Source: Spirochaetia bacterium (GTDB lineage: Bacteria; Spirochaetota; Spirochaetia; SZUA-6; Bin103). From it: a stretch of 64,000 bases of DNA. This document shows positions 1 through 9,660 of the stretch, one piece after another. Position 1 is the first letter of the stretch. Each line of letters opens with the position of its first letter. The notes beneath the pieces are model-generated. The model made no database searches. It was not told where the DNA came from and saw only the letters and a list, made by a program, of their open reading frames with translations. Position numbers and translations under genes: made by a program. The stretch is taken from assembly GCA_965203905.1 (NCBI GenBank), contig CBDBDQ010000005.1, positions 2,272,001 through 2,336,000 of the forward strand, read 5' to 3'.

Positions 1-702
1 ACCGGCGACTTTCGCGATCCCCTGGACATCGCCGTCGGGGCCCGTGCCGAACTGCTGATCGGCGGCGTCGAGCTGGGCGCCGGCGGCCTGGTCCAGGCCA
101 ACCTGGTGCCCAAGGCGATCGCCACCGCCACCGGTTCGCTGGGAGACTTCGATCTGTTCGCGGAACTGGTAATTCAGCAAGGCACCGAGCGCAACCTGAT
201 CGAGCTGGATGGCGCCGGCAGGCTCAAGGTAACCAGCCGCGACGCGCGCGCCGACGAGTGGTTCCCGGCGGCCACCATCGGCGCCCTGTACTTCGCCGCC
301 GAGCCCGGCATCGTGCTCGCCGCGCAGTACTACTACAACCCCCTCGGTTACCCGGACAGCTCCGCCCTGGAACCGGCGCGCGCCGCCCTGCGGCCCGGCG
401 CAGCCGGCCCGCCCAGTGGGCTGCGCCCGGAAGTGGTGGACCTGCTGTTCTTCGGGCGCCACTACGCCGGCGCCAGCGCGGCCTGGAACGGCATTGCCGA
501 TAGCGACCTCAGCGCCTCCGTGTTCTGGCTGGCCAATCTGAGTGACGGCTCCGGGATCGTACGGCCCTCGCTGACCTGGCGAGTGCTGGAATACGCCCGG
601 CTTTCGCTCGGCGCCAGCCTGGGCTACGGCACCGGAGCCACCGAGTACGGCGAACGCGTCGCCTTCACCCTGGGCGCCGCCCTTGGCGTCGGCAGCTTCT
701 GA
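1..702 (+). CDS. Hypothetical protein, probable outer-membrane beta-barrel, 5' partial
   Basis: Frame is open from base 1 (TGDFRDPLDIAVGARAELL...). Alternating hydrophobic strands and a C-terminal Phe (GAALGVGSF). Confidence 0.55.
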   Translation, partial: TGDFRDPLDIAVGARAELLIGGVELGAGGLVQANLVPKAIATATGSLGDFDLFAELVIQQGTERNLIELDGAGRLKVTSRDARADEWFPAATIGALYFAAEPGIVLAAQYYYNPLGYPDSSALEPARAALRPGAAGPPSGLRPEVVDLLFFGRHYAGASAAWNGIADSDLSASVFWLANLSDGSGIVRPSLTWRVLEYARLSLGASLGYGTGATEYGERVAFTLGAALGVGSF

Positions 703-822
703 TCACGGCGACCGGTCTGTCCTTCAGTGCCAACTACCGGTTGCCGATGCGCGCCCCGGTGCCCCATCTTAACCGCACCAACAGAACTCGGACGAAGAGT
801 TTGGTTACCTGAGAGGAGCATA

Positions 823-1323
823 GTGTTTCACACCAAGACGACGGTCGCGGCGCTGGCCGCGGTTCTGGTACTCGTGGCGGCGCAGGCGGCGTTCGCCGAC
901 AGCGGATCGTTCCGCGAGGTCAGAAGCTTTCACCACGAGTACATCACCGTGGACCAAGGCGACGAGAAGTTCACTGGAGGCATTCTGCGGGGGACGGTAA
1001 CCATCGTCGACAGCAGCGGCGGGCCGTTCGTCGTCGGCGCCAACCGCCCTTGCGACTGCCTGGTGTATTCGCGGAGTTCGGACGGCGGGATCGAGCTGGA
1101 CGCACCATGTACCTCCACCGACGCGGATGGTGACATCGTGTATTCTCGCGCCGTCCGTCGCCAGGGCGACGTAGCGGTCGGCGGTGGCGGCGCGGGCACG
1201 TGGCAGTTGCTGGGCGGAACCGGCAAGTACGCGGGCATTTCCGGCACCTGTTCCTACACCACCGAGTACCTGGAGGGTGCGCGGGTGGCCGTCGTCAGCG
1301 AGTGTACCTGGAGCAGATCGTAG
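823..1323 (+). CDS. Secreted protein, allene-oxide-cyclase/dirigent-like beta-barrel
   Basis: GAGGAG RBS before GTG 823. Signal peptide ending AAFA. LLGGTGKYAGISG motif and several Cys. Confidence 0.55.
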   Translation: MFHTKTTVAALAAVLVLVAAQAAFADSGSFREVRSFHHEYITVDQGDEKFTGGILRGTVTIVDSSGGPFVVGANRPCDCLVYSRSSDGGIELDAPCTSTDADGDIVYSRAVRRQGDVAVGGGGAGTWQLLGGTGKYAGISGTCSYTTEYLEGARVAVVSECTWSRS

Positions 1324-1411
1324 CGGCGAACCGCCGCGCGTAACGCTCGGTTAAGAAATCCTAACCGGGCGGTAATCGGCACGCAAAGCCCGCATGGGAC
1401 TCTCATGCTTC

Positions 1412-2215
1412 ATGAAGACCATGGTGCGAGCGGGCATTGCGGGTCTGCTGCTGGCGGTGGGGTTGCCGCTGGCGGCCGAAGAGCATGACGCGGGGATACT
1501 GGTAACCGCGGTAGATCCGGACGGGCCGGCGGCCGCCGCCGGCATCGAGCGCGGCGACCTGATCCTGAGCATCGACGGCCGGTCGGTTGCCAGCGAGCGC
1601 GATCTCGCGGCGGCGTTGGCGGCCACCGAGGAGTCGCAGGTCAACCTTGCCGTCAAGCACGGCGACGAGGTGCGGGATCAGATGGTCTCCATCGACCGCG
1701 TCTGGGGACGCCCGCGGCTCGGGGTGAGGGTCCTGGCCGCGCCGGGCCATGGTGAAACTGAACGCCGGGACCGGATACCCGAGGTGCGCAGGTTCCGCTT
1801 CGACCGGCTGCCGGGTATGCCCGGAGCGCTGGTGACGGAGGTCGTCGAGGATGGTCCGGCCGCTGCCGCCGGTCTGCAGCCCGGAGACTGGATCACCGCG
1901 ATCGGCGACGAAGCCCTCGGAGACTCCAACGAGCAGCTCGCAGAGATCATCGAGAGTTACCAACCCGGCGCCAGTGTCGACGTGGAATTCCAGCGTGACG
2001 GCGAAGCGATGACCGCCACCGTCACCCTCGGCGCGAACCCGGACACCGGCAGCGCGCTGCTCGGCGTACGCTACCGCGTCCTGCCGTTCTTCGGCCGCGG
2101 CGACCTGGAGGACCTGCGCAACCTGTTCGACATGCTGCAGGAGCGTCTCCAGCGCCTCCGGCCCGCGCAGCCGGAGCCCGAGTTGGAGGTGCCGGACTCC
2201 AACCAGGCCCTGTAG
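1412..2215 (+). CDS. Secreted tandem-PDZ-domain protein
   Basis: Signal peptide, then two repeats of the type V..V..DGPAAAAG(I/L)..GD.I..I. No protease domain seen. Confidence 0.85.
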   Translation: MKTMVRAGIAGLLLAVGLPLAAEEHDAGILVTAVDPDGPAAAAGIERGDLILSIDGRSVASERDLAAALAATEESQVNLAVKHGDEVRDQMVSIDRVWGRPRLGVRVLAAPGHGETERRDRIPEVRRFRFDRLPGMPGALVTEVVEDGPAAAAGLQPGDWITAIGDEALGDSNEQLAEIIESYQPGASVDVEFQRDGEAMTATVTLGANPDTGSALLGVRYRVLPFFGRGDLEDLRNLFDMLQERLQRLRPAQPEPELEVPDSNQAL

Positions 2216-2221
2216 CGATTC

Positions 2222-2620
2222 CTACCGCGGCAGCGCGGCGCGGATGCGCGCGGCCTCGGCCGCCAGCGCCTCGTCACCGGGGAAGGGACTGACGCTCGCG
2301 AAGTCCATGTCGTGCATCCCGTCGATCGGGCTCACGTGGATGTGCACGTGCGCCACCTCCAGCCCGGCGATCAGCAATCCTACCTTGGTGGGCCGGTACG
2401 CCGCCTGCTGCGCGCGGGCAATGGTGCGCGCCACCCGCATCAGCGTCGCCAGCATCTCCTCGTCCAGGTCGATCCAGTGGTCCACCTCGGCCCGCGGTAC
2501 CACCAGCGTGTGACCGGGACGTAGCGGTTCCCGCGACAGGAAGGCGACACACTCATCCTCCCGCCACACGAAATGGGCCGGCAGTTCGCCGGCGATGATG
2601 CGGGTAAAGACGCTTGCCAT
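2222..2620 (-). CDS. HIT family protein
   Basis: SVFTRIIAGELP, GHTLVVP and the HVHIH histidine triad. Confidence 0.93.
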   Translation of the reverse strand: MASVFTRIIAGELPAHFVWREDECVAFLSREPLRPGHTLVVPRAEVDHWIDLDEEMLATLMRVARTIARAQQAAYRPTKVGLLIAGLEVAHVHIHVSPIDGMHDMDFASVSPFPGDEALAAEAARIRAALPR

Positions 2621-2642
2621 GACGCCGGCAGTGTAAACCGCG

Positions 2643-3461
2643 TCAGCGGAACAGGTCTTTGTCGAGGGGGCGGGGGATCATGGCGGCGCTGTGCGATTCG
2701 GCCGGCTGCGCCGGGCCGCCGTCCGGCGGCGGCAGGCCCTGCACCAGCGCGGCCGGAATGCGCTCGGTCGATTCGCCCATCACCAGCACGGCGGCGCCGG
2801 CGATGGCGTCGGCGCGGTTGATCACGGTTGCCTGCAACTCGCGGCCGTACAGGTCGCGGCTGCCGCGGCGGTCGTCGAGCACGGTGAGGCCGGCGGCGCC
2901 GATCGCGATGCCCACCGTGCCGAGCCGCCAGGGCCGGTTGCTGCTGTCGCTGATCACCACGCCGATCCGCTTGCCGGCGCGGGCCGAGACGGCGTGGTGC
3001 AGCCGCGCGGCGGTGGCGTCCGGCGCCGTAGGCAGCAGCAGGGCGGTGGCGCATCCACCGTGATCGACGTTGGACTGGTCGATGCCGGCATTGGCGCACA
3101 CCAGGCCCAGCCGATTGCGGGTGATCAGCACACCGGGGGCCTTGCGCACCACCTCGGTGGACTGCTCCAGGATGAGCTGGACCAGCCGCGGATCCTTGCC
3201 GGTCTCGGCGCCGAGCCGGGCCGCGCGCGCCGATGGCTCGACGCGATCGAGAGGGACCAGGCGCCCCTCCGCCTTGGAGACGATCTTCTGCGTCACCACC
3301 AGCACGTCGCCGTCGGCCGGGGCCACGTCCGCCGTGGCCAGCGCCGCTACCAGAATCTCCGTGAGGTCATCGCCCGCCGCCACCAGCGGGATACCGCTCA
3401 GCCCGATGACGGTGAGGCGCCCCACCGGCGCGTGACCGGCCGGCGCCGCGCTCGCTCCCAT
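2643..3461 (-). CDS. cofE: Coenzyme F420-0:L-glutamate ligase
   Basis: GDVLVVTQKIVSKAEGR, ANAGIDQSN and GVVISDS.NRPWRLG motifs of CofE/FbiB. Confidence 0.93.
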   Translation of the reverse strand: MGASAAPAGHAPVGRLTVIGLSGIPLVAAGDDLTEILVAALATADVAPADGDVLVVTQKIVSKAEGRLVPLDRVEPSARAARLGAETGKDPRLVQLILEQSTEVVRKAPGVLITRNRLGLVCANAGIDQSNVDHGGCATALLLPTAPDATAARLHHAVSARAGKRIGVVISDSSNRPWRLGTVGIAIGAAGLTVLDDRRGSRDLYGRELQATVINRADAIAGAAVLVMGESTERIPAALVQGLPPPDGGPAQPAESHSAAMIPRPLDKDLFR

Positions 3462-3467
3462 CGGGCG

Positions 3468-4169
3468 CTAGCCCTGGCCGACCAGCTTGATGCCGGCGTG
3501 GCTGAGGGTGTGACGCCGGTTGATCTGAATCAGCACGCTGGTGAGCGCCTCGGCCGCGGCTGCGTTCTCGATCGGGCCGGCGTGCCAGCCGGTCATGCCG
3601 GCGGCCCGCACCAACTCGATCACCCGGTCGCGCGCCGCCTTCTTGTTGCCGGATACCAGCACGTCGCACTCGATGGCGCCCTCCTGTTGCAGCAGGTCGG
3701 CGGCAACGTTCTGGAATGCCGACACCACCATTACCTCGTCGCCGAGGAACTGCTGGGCGCGCTTGCCGGCCGATCCCTCGGCGGGAAGCTGCACGGTGCC
3801 CACTCTGGGAGGCACCAGCGGAACCGTGACGTCGACCACGACCTTGCCGGTGAGGCTCGCTCGCACGCTGGCCAGGGTGGCGATCTGATGCGCCGCGGGC
3901 ACGGTCAGCACGACAATGTCGGCGGCCTGCGCGGCCGCCGCGTTGGTCGCCGCACGGGCGCTGGTCTCGGGATGGCGCCGGCGCAGATCGGTGAGCGCGG
4001 CCTCGGCCTTCGCCAACTCCCGCGAGCCGATCAGCACCGGGTAGCCGGCCCGCGACCAGCGCTGCGCCAGGCCGGTGCCCAGGTCGCCGGTGCCGCCGAG
4101 GATGGCGATGGTATGCCTGGGCCGAGAGTCCTTGGCGGCGGCCGCCGCCTGCGCTTCGCTGCGCATCAT
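3468..4169 (-). CDS. npdG: NADPH-dependent F420 reductase (F420H2:NADP+ oxidoreductase)
   Basis: IAILGGTGDLG, IGSR, VVDVTVPL, VVSAFQNVAA and EALTSVLIQIN. ATG overlaps the hxlR stop. Confidence 0.92.
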   Translation of the reverse strand: MMRSEAQAAAAAKDSRPRHTIAILGGTGDLGTGLAQRWSRAGYPVLIGSRELAKAEAALTDLRRRHPETSARAATNAAAAQAADIVVLTVPAAHQIATLASVRASLTGKVVVDVTVPLVPPRVGTVQLPAEGSAGKRAQQFLGDEVMVVSAFQNVAADLLQQEGAIECDVLVSGNKKAARDRVIELVRAAGMTGWHAGPIENAAAAEALTSVLIQINRRHTLSHAGIKLVGQG

Positions 4170-4639
4170 CCTGCTGCCAGCTCCGATCCCGCCACCAGGC
4201 GAACGCCGGCGCCCGGCACCGCGTGGTCGCACGTCGGACAGAAGTAGCCCACCCGGACCGGCGTCCCGCAGGCGTGGTGCACCAGCGCCCCGCGGTCCGA
4301 CAGATGCCGGCGCCCCCACACCGCGAGCGCGCCCGCCACCACGCCCAGCTCGTGCCCGCGCCGGGTCAGGGTGTACTCGGCGCGCGGTGGATGCTGGCTG
4401 TAGAACCGGCGCTCCACGATGCCATGCCGAACCAGCCGCTTGAGCCGCTGCGACAGGACGTTCGGGGCGATCCCGCATACCCTCCGCCGCAGCTCGGCGA
4501 AGCGCTGAAAGCCGCGCAGCAGCTCCAGCAGGATCAGCACCGTCCAGCGGTCGCCGACGATCTCCAGCGCCTGCGCCACCGGGGCCAGGCGTTCGTCGCC
4601 GGCCTGCAGGACGGGGTGGGGATTCCGGTGAGTTGACAT
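4166..4639 (-). CDS. HxlR family winged-helix transcriptional regulator
   Basis: ALEIVGDRWTVLILLEL...RFAEL...LSQRLKRL...PPRAEYTLT..G, followed by a C-terminal H.ACG/CPTC motif. Confidence 0.9.
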   Translation of the reverse strand: MSTHRNPHPVLQAGDERLAPVAQALEIVGDRWTVLILLELLRGFQRFAELRRRVCGIAPNVLSQRLKRLVRHGIVERRFYSQHPPRAEYTLTRRGHELGVVAGALAVWGRRHLSDRGALVHHACGTPVRVGYFCPTCDHAVPGAGVRLVAGSELAAG

Positions 4640-4703
4640 TTGATACCTGGTTGCATCGTAATACCTGCGTCGCCGCACCGTCCAGGGCGGACACGGCCGC
4701 TCC

Positions 4704-5513
4704 ATGCACGCGTCAGTCTCGATCACCCGCGTCAGCAAGGTGTTTCCCGCACCGCCCACCGTCACGCCCGCCGGTGGGAGCCCGGCTCCCGGCCACACCG
4801 GGCTGGAGGTGCTGCGCGGGATCACCGCCGAGGTCCGTCCGGGGGAGTTCCTGTCGGTCCTGGGGCCGAGCGGGTGCGGCAAGACCACGCTGCTGAGGAT
4901 CGTCGGCGGGCTCGCCGAACCGACCGCCGGCACGGTCCGCATCGGCGGCCGGAGCAGCGCCGAGGCGCAGCGGCACAAGCTGCTCGGTTACGTGTTCCAG
5001 GAGCCCTCGCTGCTGCCCTGGCGTAGCGTGCTGGACAATGTGCGCCTGCCGCTGCTGGTCAATCGCGCGGTGCGGCGGCCCGATGCGCCCGCGCCCGCGG
5101 AGCTGCTCCACCTGGTGCGGCTGGCGGAGTTCGCCGACTACTACCCCGGCCAGCTGTCCCGCGGCATGCAGCAGCGGGTCGCCCTGGCGCGCGCGCTGGC
5201 GCTCGACCCGGAGCTACTGCTGATGGATGAGCCGTTCGCGTCGCTCGACGAGATCACCCGCGAGCAGATGCGCTTCGAGCTGCTGCGCATTTGGGATGCG
5301 GCACGCAAGACCGTGTTGTTCGTAACCCACAGCATCGCCGACGCGGTGCTGCTGTCCGACCGGGTGGCGGTGCTCTCGGCGCGTCCCGGCCGGCTGCGCG
5401 CCATGCTGCCGATCGAGCTGGAACGGCCGCGGGTGGCGGGCGTCGAGCGTTCGCCGGAGTTCACCGGCGCCTACCGCCGGGTGCACGACCTGGTGATGGC
5501 GGAGGCGGCCTGA
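4704..5513 (+). CDS. NitT/TauT-family ABC transporter ATP-binding protein
   Basis: Walker A GPSGCGKT, signature LSRGMQQR, Walker B LLLMDEPF. Confidence 0.93.
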   Translation: MHASVSITRVSKVFPAPPTVTPAGGSPAPGHTGLEVLRGITAEVRPGEFLSVLGPSGCGKTTLLRIVGGLAEPTAGTVRIGGRSSAEAQRHKLLGYVFQEPSLLPWRSVLDNVRLPLLVNRAVRRPDAPAPAELLHLVRLAEFADYYPGQLSRGMQQRVALARALALDPELLLMDEPFASLDEITREQMRFELLRIWDAARKTVLFVTHSIADAVLLSDRVAVLSARPGRLRAMLPIELERPRVAGVERSPEFTGAYRRVHDLVMAEAA

Positions 5514-6301
5514 TGCGCACGGCGGCAACGCGGCCGTCGGCGCAGCCCGCGGCGGCGCTGCTGCCGACCGTGCTCAGCCTGGCGCTGGTTGCCGCGGTGT
5601 GGGAGGCGTGGATCGCGCTGGCCGGTACCCCGGTCTACCTGCTGCCCGCGCCCTCGGCCGTGGCGCTTCGCGTGGGCGCCGAGCCCGGCTACTTCCTAGG
5701 GCAGGGTGCGATCACGCTGGCGGAGGCGCTCGGCGGATTCCTGCTCGGGACCGGCGTGGCGCTGGCCGCCGCCACGCTGATGGCGCACTCGCTGGCCCTG
5801 GAACGTGCCCTGCTGCCGCTGGCGGTGCTGGTCAAGGTGACGCCGATCGTGGCCGTGGCGCCGCTGTTCGTGATCTGGTTCGGGTTCGGGGTGGTGCCCA
5901 AGGTGCTGATCGCGGCGCTGATCACCTTTTTTCCCGCGCTGGTGAATGGCGTGACCGGCCTGCGCGCGGTCAACCCGGGGGCGCTGGACTTTCTGCGCTC
6001 GGTGTCCGCTTCGCGGCGCGAGGTGTTCCTGACCCTGCGCGTGCCGAGCGCCATGCCCTACCTGTTCGCGGCGTTCCGGGTGTCGATCCCGCTGTCGGTG
6101 ATCGGCGCCGTGGTGGGGGAGTGGTTCAGCGCCGACCGCGGCCTGGGGGCGGTGATCATCGTCGCCCATGCAAATCTCGACACCCCGACCCTGTTCGGGG
6201 CGATCTTTACCCTGGCGGTCATGGGCATCGGCCTGAGCCTGGCCGTCTCGGCACTGGAACGGAGGATACTGTTTTGGCACGAATCGACCCTCATCGTGTG
6301 A
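5513..6301 (+). CDS. NitT/TauT-family ABC transporter permease
   Basis: TGATG overlap with the ATPase. TPIVAVAPLFVIWFGFG and GAVVGEWF..DRGLG. Confidence 0.92.
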   Translation: MRTAATRPSAQPAAALLPTVLSLALVAAVWEAWIALAGTPVYLLPAPSAVALRVGAEPGYFLGQGAITLAEALGGFLLGTGVALAAATLMAHSLALERALLPLAVLVKVTPIVAVAPLFVIWFGFGVVPKVLIAALITFFPALVNGVTGLRAVNPGALDFLRSVSASRREVFLTLRVPSAMPYLFAAFRVSIPLSVIGAVVGEWFSADRGLGAVIIVAHANLDTPTLFGAIFTLAVMGIGLSLAVSALERRILFWHESTLIV

Positions 6302-7332
6302 CCCGGCCGGGGCGGCACGCCGGACGGCTGTGGCCGGCGCTGCTGTTGTTGGTGGCGGCCGCCCACGCCGTGCATGCGGCCGGCGAAGTGGAGATAGCGC
6401 CGTTGCCGCGCAGCATGACCTTCATGGCGGGCTTCAAGCCGCAGGCGAACCTGCCGTTCGTGGCGGCCTACGTAGCGCAGGAGCGGGGCTACTTTGCCGA
6501 ACAGGGGCTGGACGTCACCATCCACCACTCTACCGGCCAGCATCTCCAGCTCCTCCTGTCCGGCGACGTCGACGTCACCACCGCCGCCGCCGGCGCGGTG
6601 CTGAAGCGGCGCGCCGATCCCGGCGTCCCGATCCGGGCCATCGCCCTGTTCGGGCAGCGCGGCCAGCAGACCTTCATCGCGCTCGCCGGTGCGGGCATCG
6701 ACAGTCCGCGCGACTGGGAGGGCAGGACGGTAGGCTACCGCATCAGCCTGCCGCCCGAGTACCTGGCCATCGTGGATGCCGCGGGCGTGGATCGCGAGCG
6801 GGTGCAGGAGGTGCGGGTGGGCTTCGACCCGCGCATCCTGGTGCAGGGCAAGGTGGACGTGCTGGCGGTGTTCAAGTCGAACGAGCCCGACACCATTCGC
6901 AAGCTCGGCTTCGACGTGGTGCAGTTCGATCCCGCCGCCTATGGCGTGCCGGCGCTGGGGCTGACCTACATCACGCGCGAGGAGCTGATCGCCGAGCAGC
7001 CCGAGCTGATCGCGCGCTTCCTGAAGGCCGCGCTGAAGGGGCTGGAGTACTCGTTCGCCCACCCCGAGGAGACGCTCGACATCGTGCTGCGCTACGCCGA
7101 CAAGGAGGATCGCGACCACATGCGGTTCATGCTGCAGGCGGAGCAGGCCGACGCCGTGTCGGCGGTTACCCGCAAGCACGGGCCGGGGTGGATGACGCGG
7201 CAGCAGTGGCAGGAGTTCCACGACCTCCTGGTACGCTATCAGGCGCTGGCCCGGGAGCTGGACGTGACGCAGGCGTTCACCACGCAGTTCCTGGAGGCGG
7301 CGTACCAGGACGGCCGCCTGGTGTGGCCGTGA
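6298..7332 (+). CDS. ABC transporter substrate-binding protein, NMT1/THI5-like
   Basis: GTGA overlap and signal peptide (AVHAAGEVE). YVAQERGYFAEQGLDV and IDSPRDWEGRTVG. Confidence 0.88.
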   Translation: MTRPGRHAGRLWPALLLLVAAAHAVHAAGEVEIAPLPRSMTFMAGFKPQANLPFVAAYVAQERGYFAEQGLDVTIHHSTGQHLQLLLSGDVDVTTAAAGAVLKRRADPGVPIRAIALFGQRGQQTFIALAGAGIDSPRDWEGRTVGYRISLPPEYLAIVDAAGVDRERVQEVRVGFDPRILVQGKVDVLAVFKSNEPDTIRKLGFDVVQFDPAAYGVPALGLTYITREELIAEQPELIARFLKAALKGLEYSFAHPEETLDIVLRYADKEDRDHMRFMLQAEQADAVSAVTRKHGPGWMTRQQWQEFHDLLVRYQALARELDVTQAFTTQFLEAAYQDGRLVWP

Positions 7333-7380
7333 CGAGGATGCCGAGCTCGCCGTAAGCTGGGCGACGGCGAGGATGGGAGC

Positions 7381-8264
7381 ATGAAACTGGGAGTCGTCTT
7401 TCCGCAGATCGAGATCGGCGCCGATCCCGGTGCCGTGCGCGCGTATGGTCAGGCGGTGGAGCAGATCGGCTACCACCACATCCTGGCCTACGAGCACGTG
7501 GTAGGCGCCAACACCGCCAGCCGGCCCGGCTGGCGCGGGCCGTACGACATCGACTCGGTGTTCCACGAACCGTTCGTGCTGTTCGGCTACCTGACCGGGC
7601 TGACCGACCGCATCGAGTTCGCCACCGGCGTCGTGATCCTGCCGCAGCGCCAGACCGTGCTGTGGCCAAGCAGGCCGCAGCGCTCGACGTGCTGTGCGGC
7701 GGCCGGCTGCGGCTCGGCATCGGCATCGGCTGGAACGCCGTCGAGTACGAGGCACTCGGCACCGACTTCCACAACCGCGGGCGCCGTTGCGAGGAGCAGG
7801 TGGCGCTGCTGCGCGCGTTGTGGACCGAGCACGCGGTGACCTTCGACGGCACCTGGCACCGGGTCACCGACGCCGGCATCAAGCCGCTGCCGGTGCAGCG
7901 TCCCATTCCGCTCTGGTTCGGCGGCGGCGAGGAGCGCGTGCTGCGCCGCATCGCCCGCCTGGCGGACGGCTGGATGCCGCAGTTCGAGCCGGACGCCGCC
8001 GGCCGCGCACTGCTGGCCCGCATGCAGGGTTACGCGCGCGAGTGTGGCCGCGACCCCGCCGCGATCGGCCTCAACGGCCGCATGGTCGCAGATCCCGGTG
8101 CCGCCGCCGAACGCGGCTGGATCGACCGCGTGCAGGCGTGGCGGCAGATCGGCGGCACGCACCTGAGCATCGACACGATGCGGCTCGGGCTGCCGGATGT
8201 CGAGTCCCACATCAGCCTGCTGGAACGATTCCACGCCACCGCCGCCACGGTTGCCGAATCCTGA
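7381..8264 (+). pseudogene. LLM-class F420-dependent oxidoreductase, split by a 1-bp deletion near 7662 (possibly a sequencing error)
   Basis: N-half FHEPFVLFGYL...TGVVILPQRQTVL continues in another frame as VAKQAAALDVLCGGRLRLGIGIGWN. CTGTGGCC is CTGGTGGCC minus one G. Confidence 0.85.
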
Positions 8265-8287
8265 GATCCTATGAAGGATCGTCTCAG

Positions 8288-8632
8288 TTATGAATCAGGC
8301 GGGCAGGCTTCCGCATCGTCCAGGTCCGAGAAGTTAGTGATCGTGACTGCACCCTGCGGAAACTCGGCGACGATGTTCAGCTTTCCACCCATCGCCTCAA
8401 TGTAGGCACGCAGGTTCGAGACATACATGTCCGCGCGCCGCTCCAGCTTGGCGATCGCTGGCTGGTTCACGTGCAACGTCTTGCCGACCGCCTTCTGGGT
8501 CATCGCTCGTGCCCTGCGCAACTCGTGAAGGGCCATTGCCGCACGTAGTTCCGCTTTCCTGCCATCGACGCGCGCGCGGCGCTCTGGCGTGAAGTCTTTC
8601 GTCAGGTCATTGAAAGCGTGTCGTCCACTCAT
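8288..8632 (-). CDS. higA: XRE-family HTH antitoxin (HigA-type)
   Basis: LHELRRARAMTQ..V...L.VNQPAIAKLERRADMYVSNLRAYIEAMGG. ATGA overlap with the upstream toxin. Confidence 0.85.
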   Translation of the reverse strand: MSGRHAFNDLTKDFTPERRARVDGRKAELRAAMALHELRRARAMTQKAVGKTLHVNQPAIAKLERRADMYVSNLRAYIEAMGGKLNIVAEFPQGAVTITNFSDLDDAEACPPDS

Positions 8633-8991
8633 TTGATCAACCCTTCTTGTCTCAATTCTTCCAGGTGCTCGTCGTAGAGTTTGTTCGCGAGAGGCACATA
8701 CTGCTTGTAAAACCGGTCGTTTCCTGTCTTGTCACCACCGATCAGCAAGACTGCTGATCGTCTTGGATCGAAGGCGTAGAAAACGCGGATGGGCCTACCA
8801 CCGCTTTGGATACGAAGCTCGCGGATATGGCTGTGGCGAGAACCCTCGACGCCAGAGGAATAGGGAAACGGCAATCCGGGCCCGTGCTCCATCAACAACT
8901 CGACCACCGCAGTTACGTCGTCCTGCTGACCCTCCGCGAGCCCGGCCCACCACGCGCCGAACTCGTTAGTGTATTCGACCTCCCAACTCAT
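8629..8991 (-). CDS. higB: RelE/HigB-type toxin (Gp49/DUF891-like)
   Basis: WEVEYTNEF..WW, GP.L.FPYSS, RELRIQ, RVFYAFDPRR.AVLLIGGDK. Confidence 0.88.
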   Translation of the reverse strand: MSWEVEYTNEFGAWWAGLAEGQQDDVTAVVELLMEHGPGLPFPYSSGVEGSRHSHIRELRIQSGGRPIRVFYAFDPRRSAVLLIGGDKTGNDRFYKQYVPLANKLYDEHLEELRQEGLIK

Positions 8992-9001
8992 CTGGTCGTG
9001 T

Positions 9002-9025
9002 ATTCCATAAATGGAATGTTGTCAA
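9002..9025 (-). promoter_or_regulatory. higBA promoter/operator
   Basis: Minus-strand TTGACA at 9025-9020, followed by the palindrome ATTCCAT-N2-ATGGAAT (9002-9017) just upstream of the toxin ATG. Confidence 0.6.
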
Positions 9026-9660
9026 GTTCGCTCCTTGGGTGCGTGCGTCTCGGCTTCGGCGCGAACCAAAACCGAGAGCCGCAGACGCTCCGCATCGGGC
9101 TTCGCACGGCAACGTCCCAACGGCCGTCGCTGAGTCGCGCTCCGTCCTGCGCTACGCCCCGGCCGCCGCCGTCCGATTCGCCCGCTGCCTGTGCGCCGTG
9201 GCCTGCAGCGGCCGGTGCCGTCGCTTACTCCGCTACGCTCCGTCGCTTCCTCAAGCGGCCCCGCGATCGGCCTCCGGCGTACGCCCTACTGGTGTCTGTG
9301 TCGTGCATTGCCAGCCGCGAACGGTCGCCACAGGCGGGGCGCTACGGGGCGGCAACTCGAGCCAATCCACCGGCTGAACACCCGCGCGGTAGCTCACCCC
9401 GATCTCGACGTCAGGCCGACTCGGGACTCAGCCTCGAGATCGGTCCTCGGCGGCGACTCCGGGGGCGTTCCAAGGGACTCAAGGGTCGTACGGACGAGCG
9501 GGAGGGGCATCCACGCCGCAAAAGCATATACTTTTTTTCGAAGATTATACATGTAGGTCCCGAATCAGGGGTAACATGCATACTTTTTTACACTGGGCGA
9601 AGCGAACTTGCATCGACGCACTGCCGGCCGGCGCCGTGGGCAGGCAGCGCGTTTACCCGG

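Noticed and set aside
7655-7670. Programmed frameshift in the LLM gene
   Set aside because: No slippery sequence or stimulatory structure. A simple 1-bp deletion explains it.
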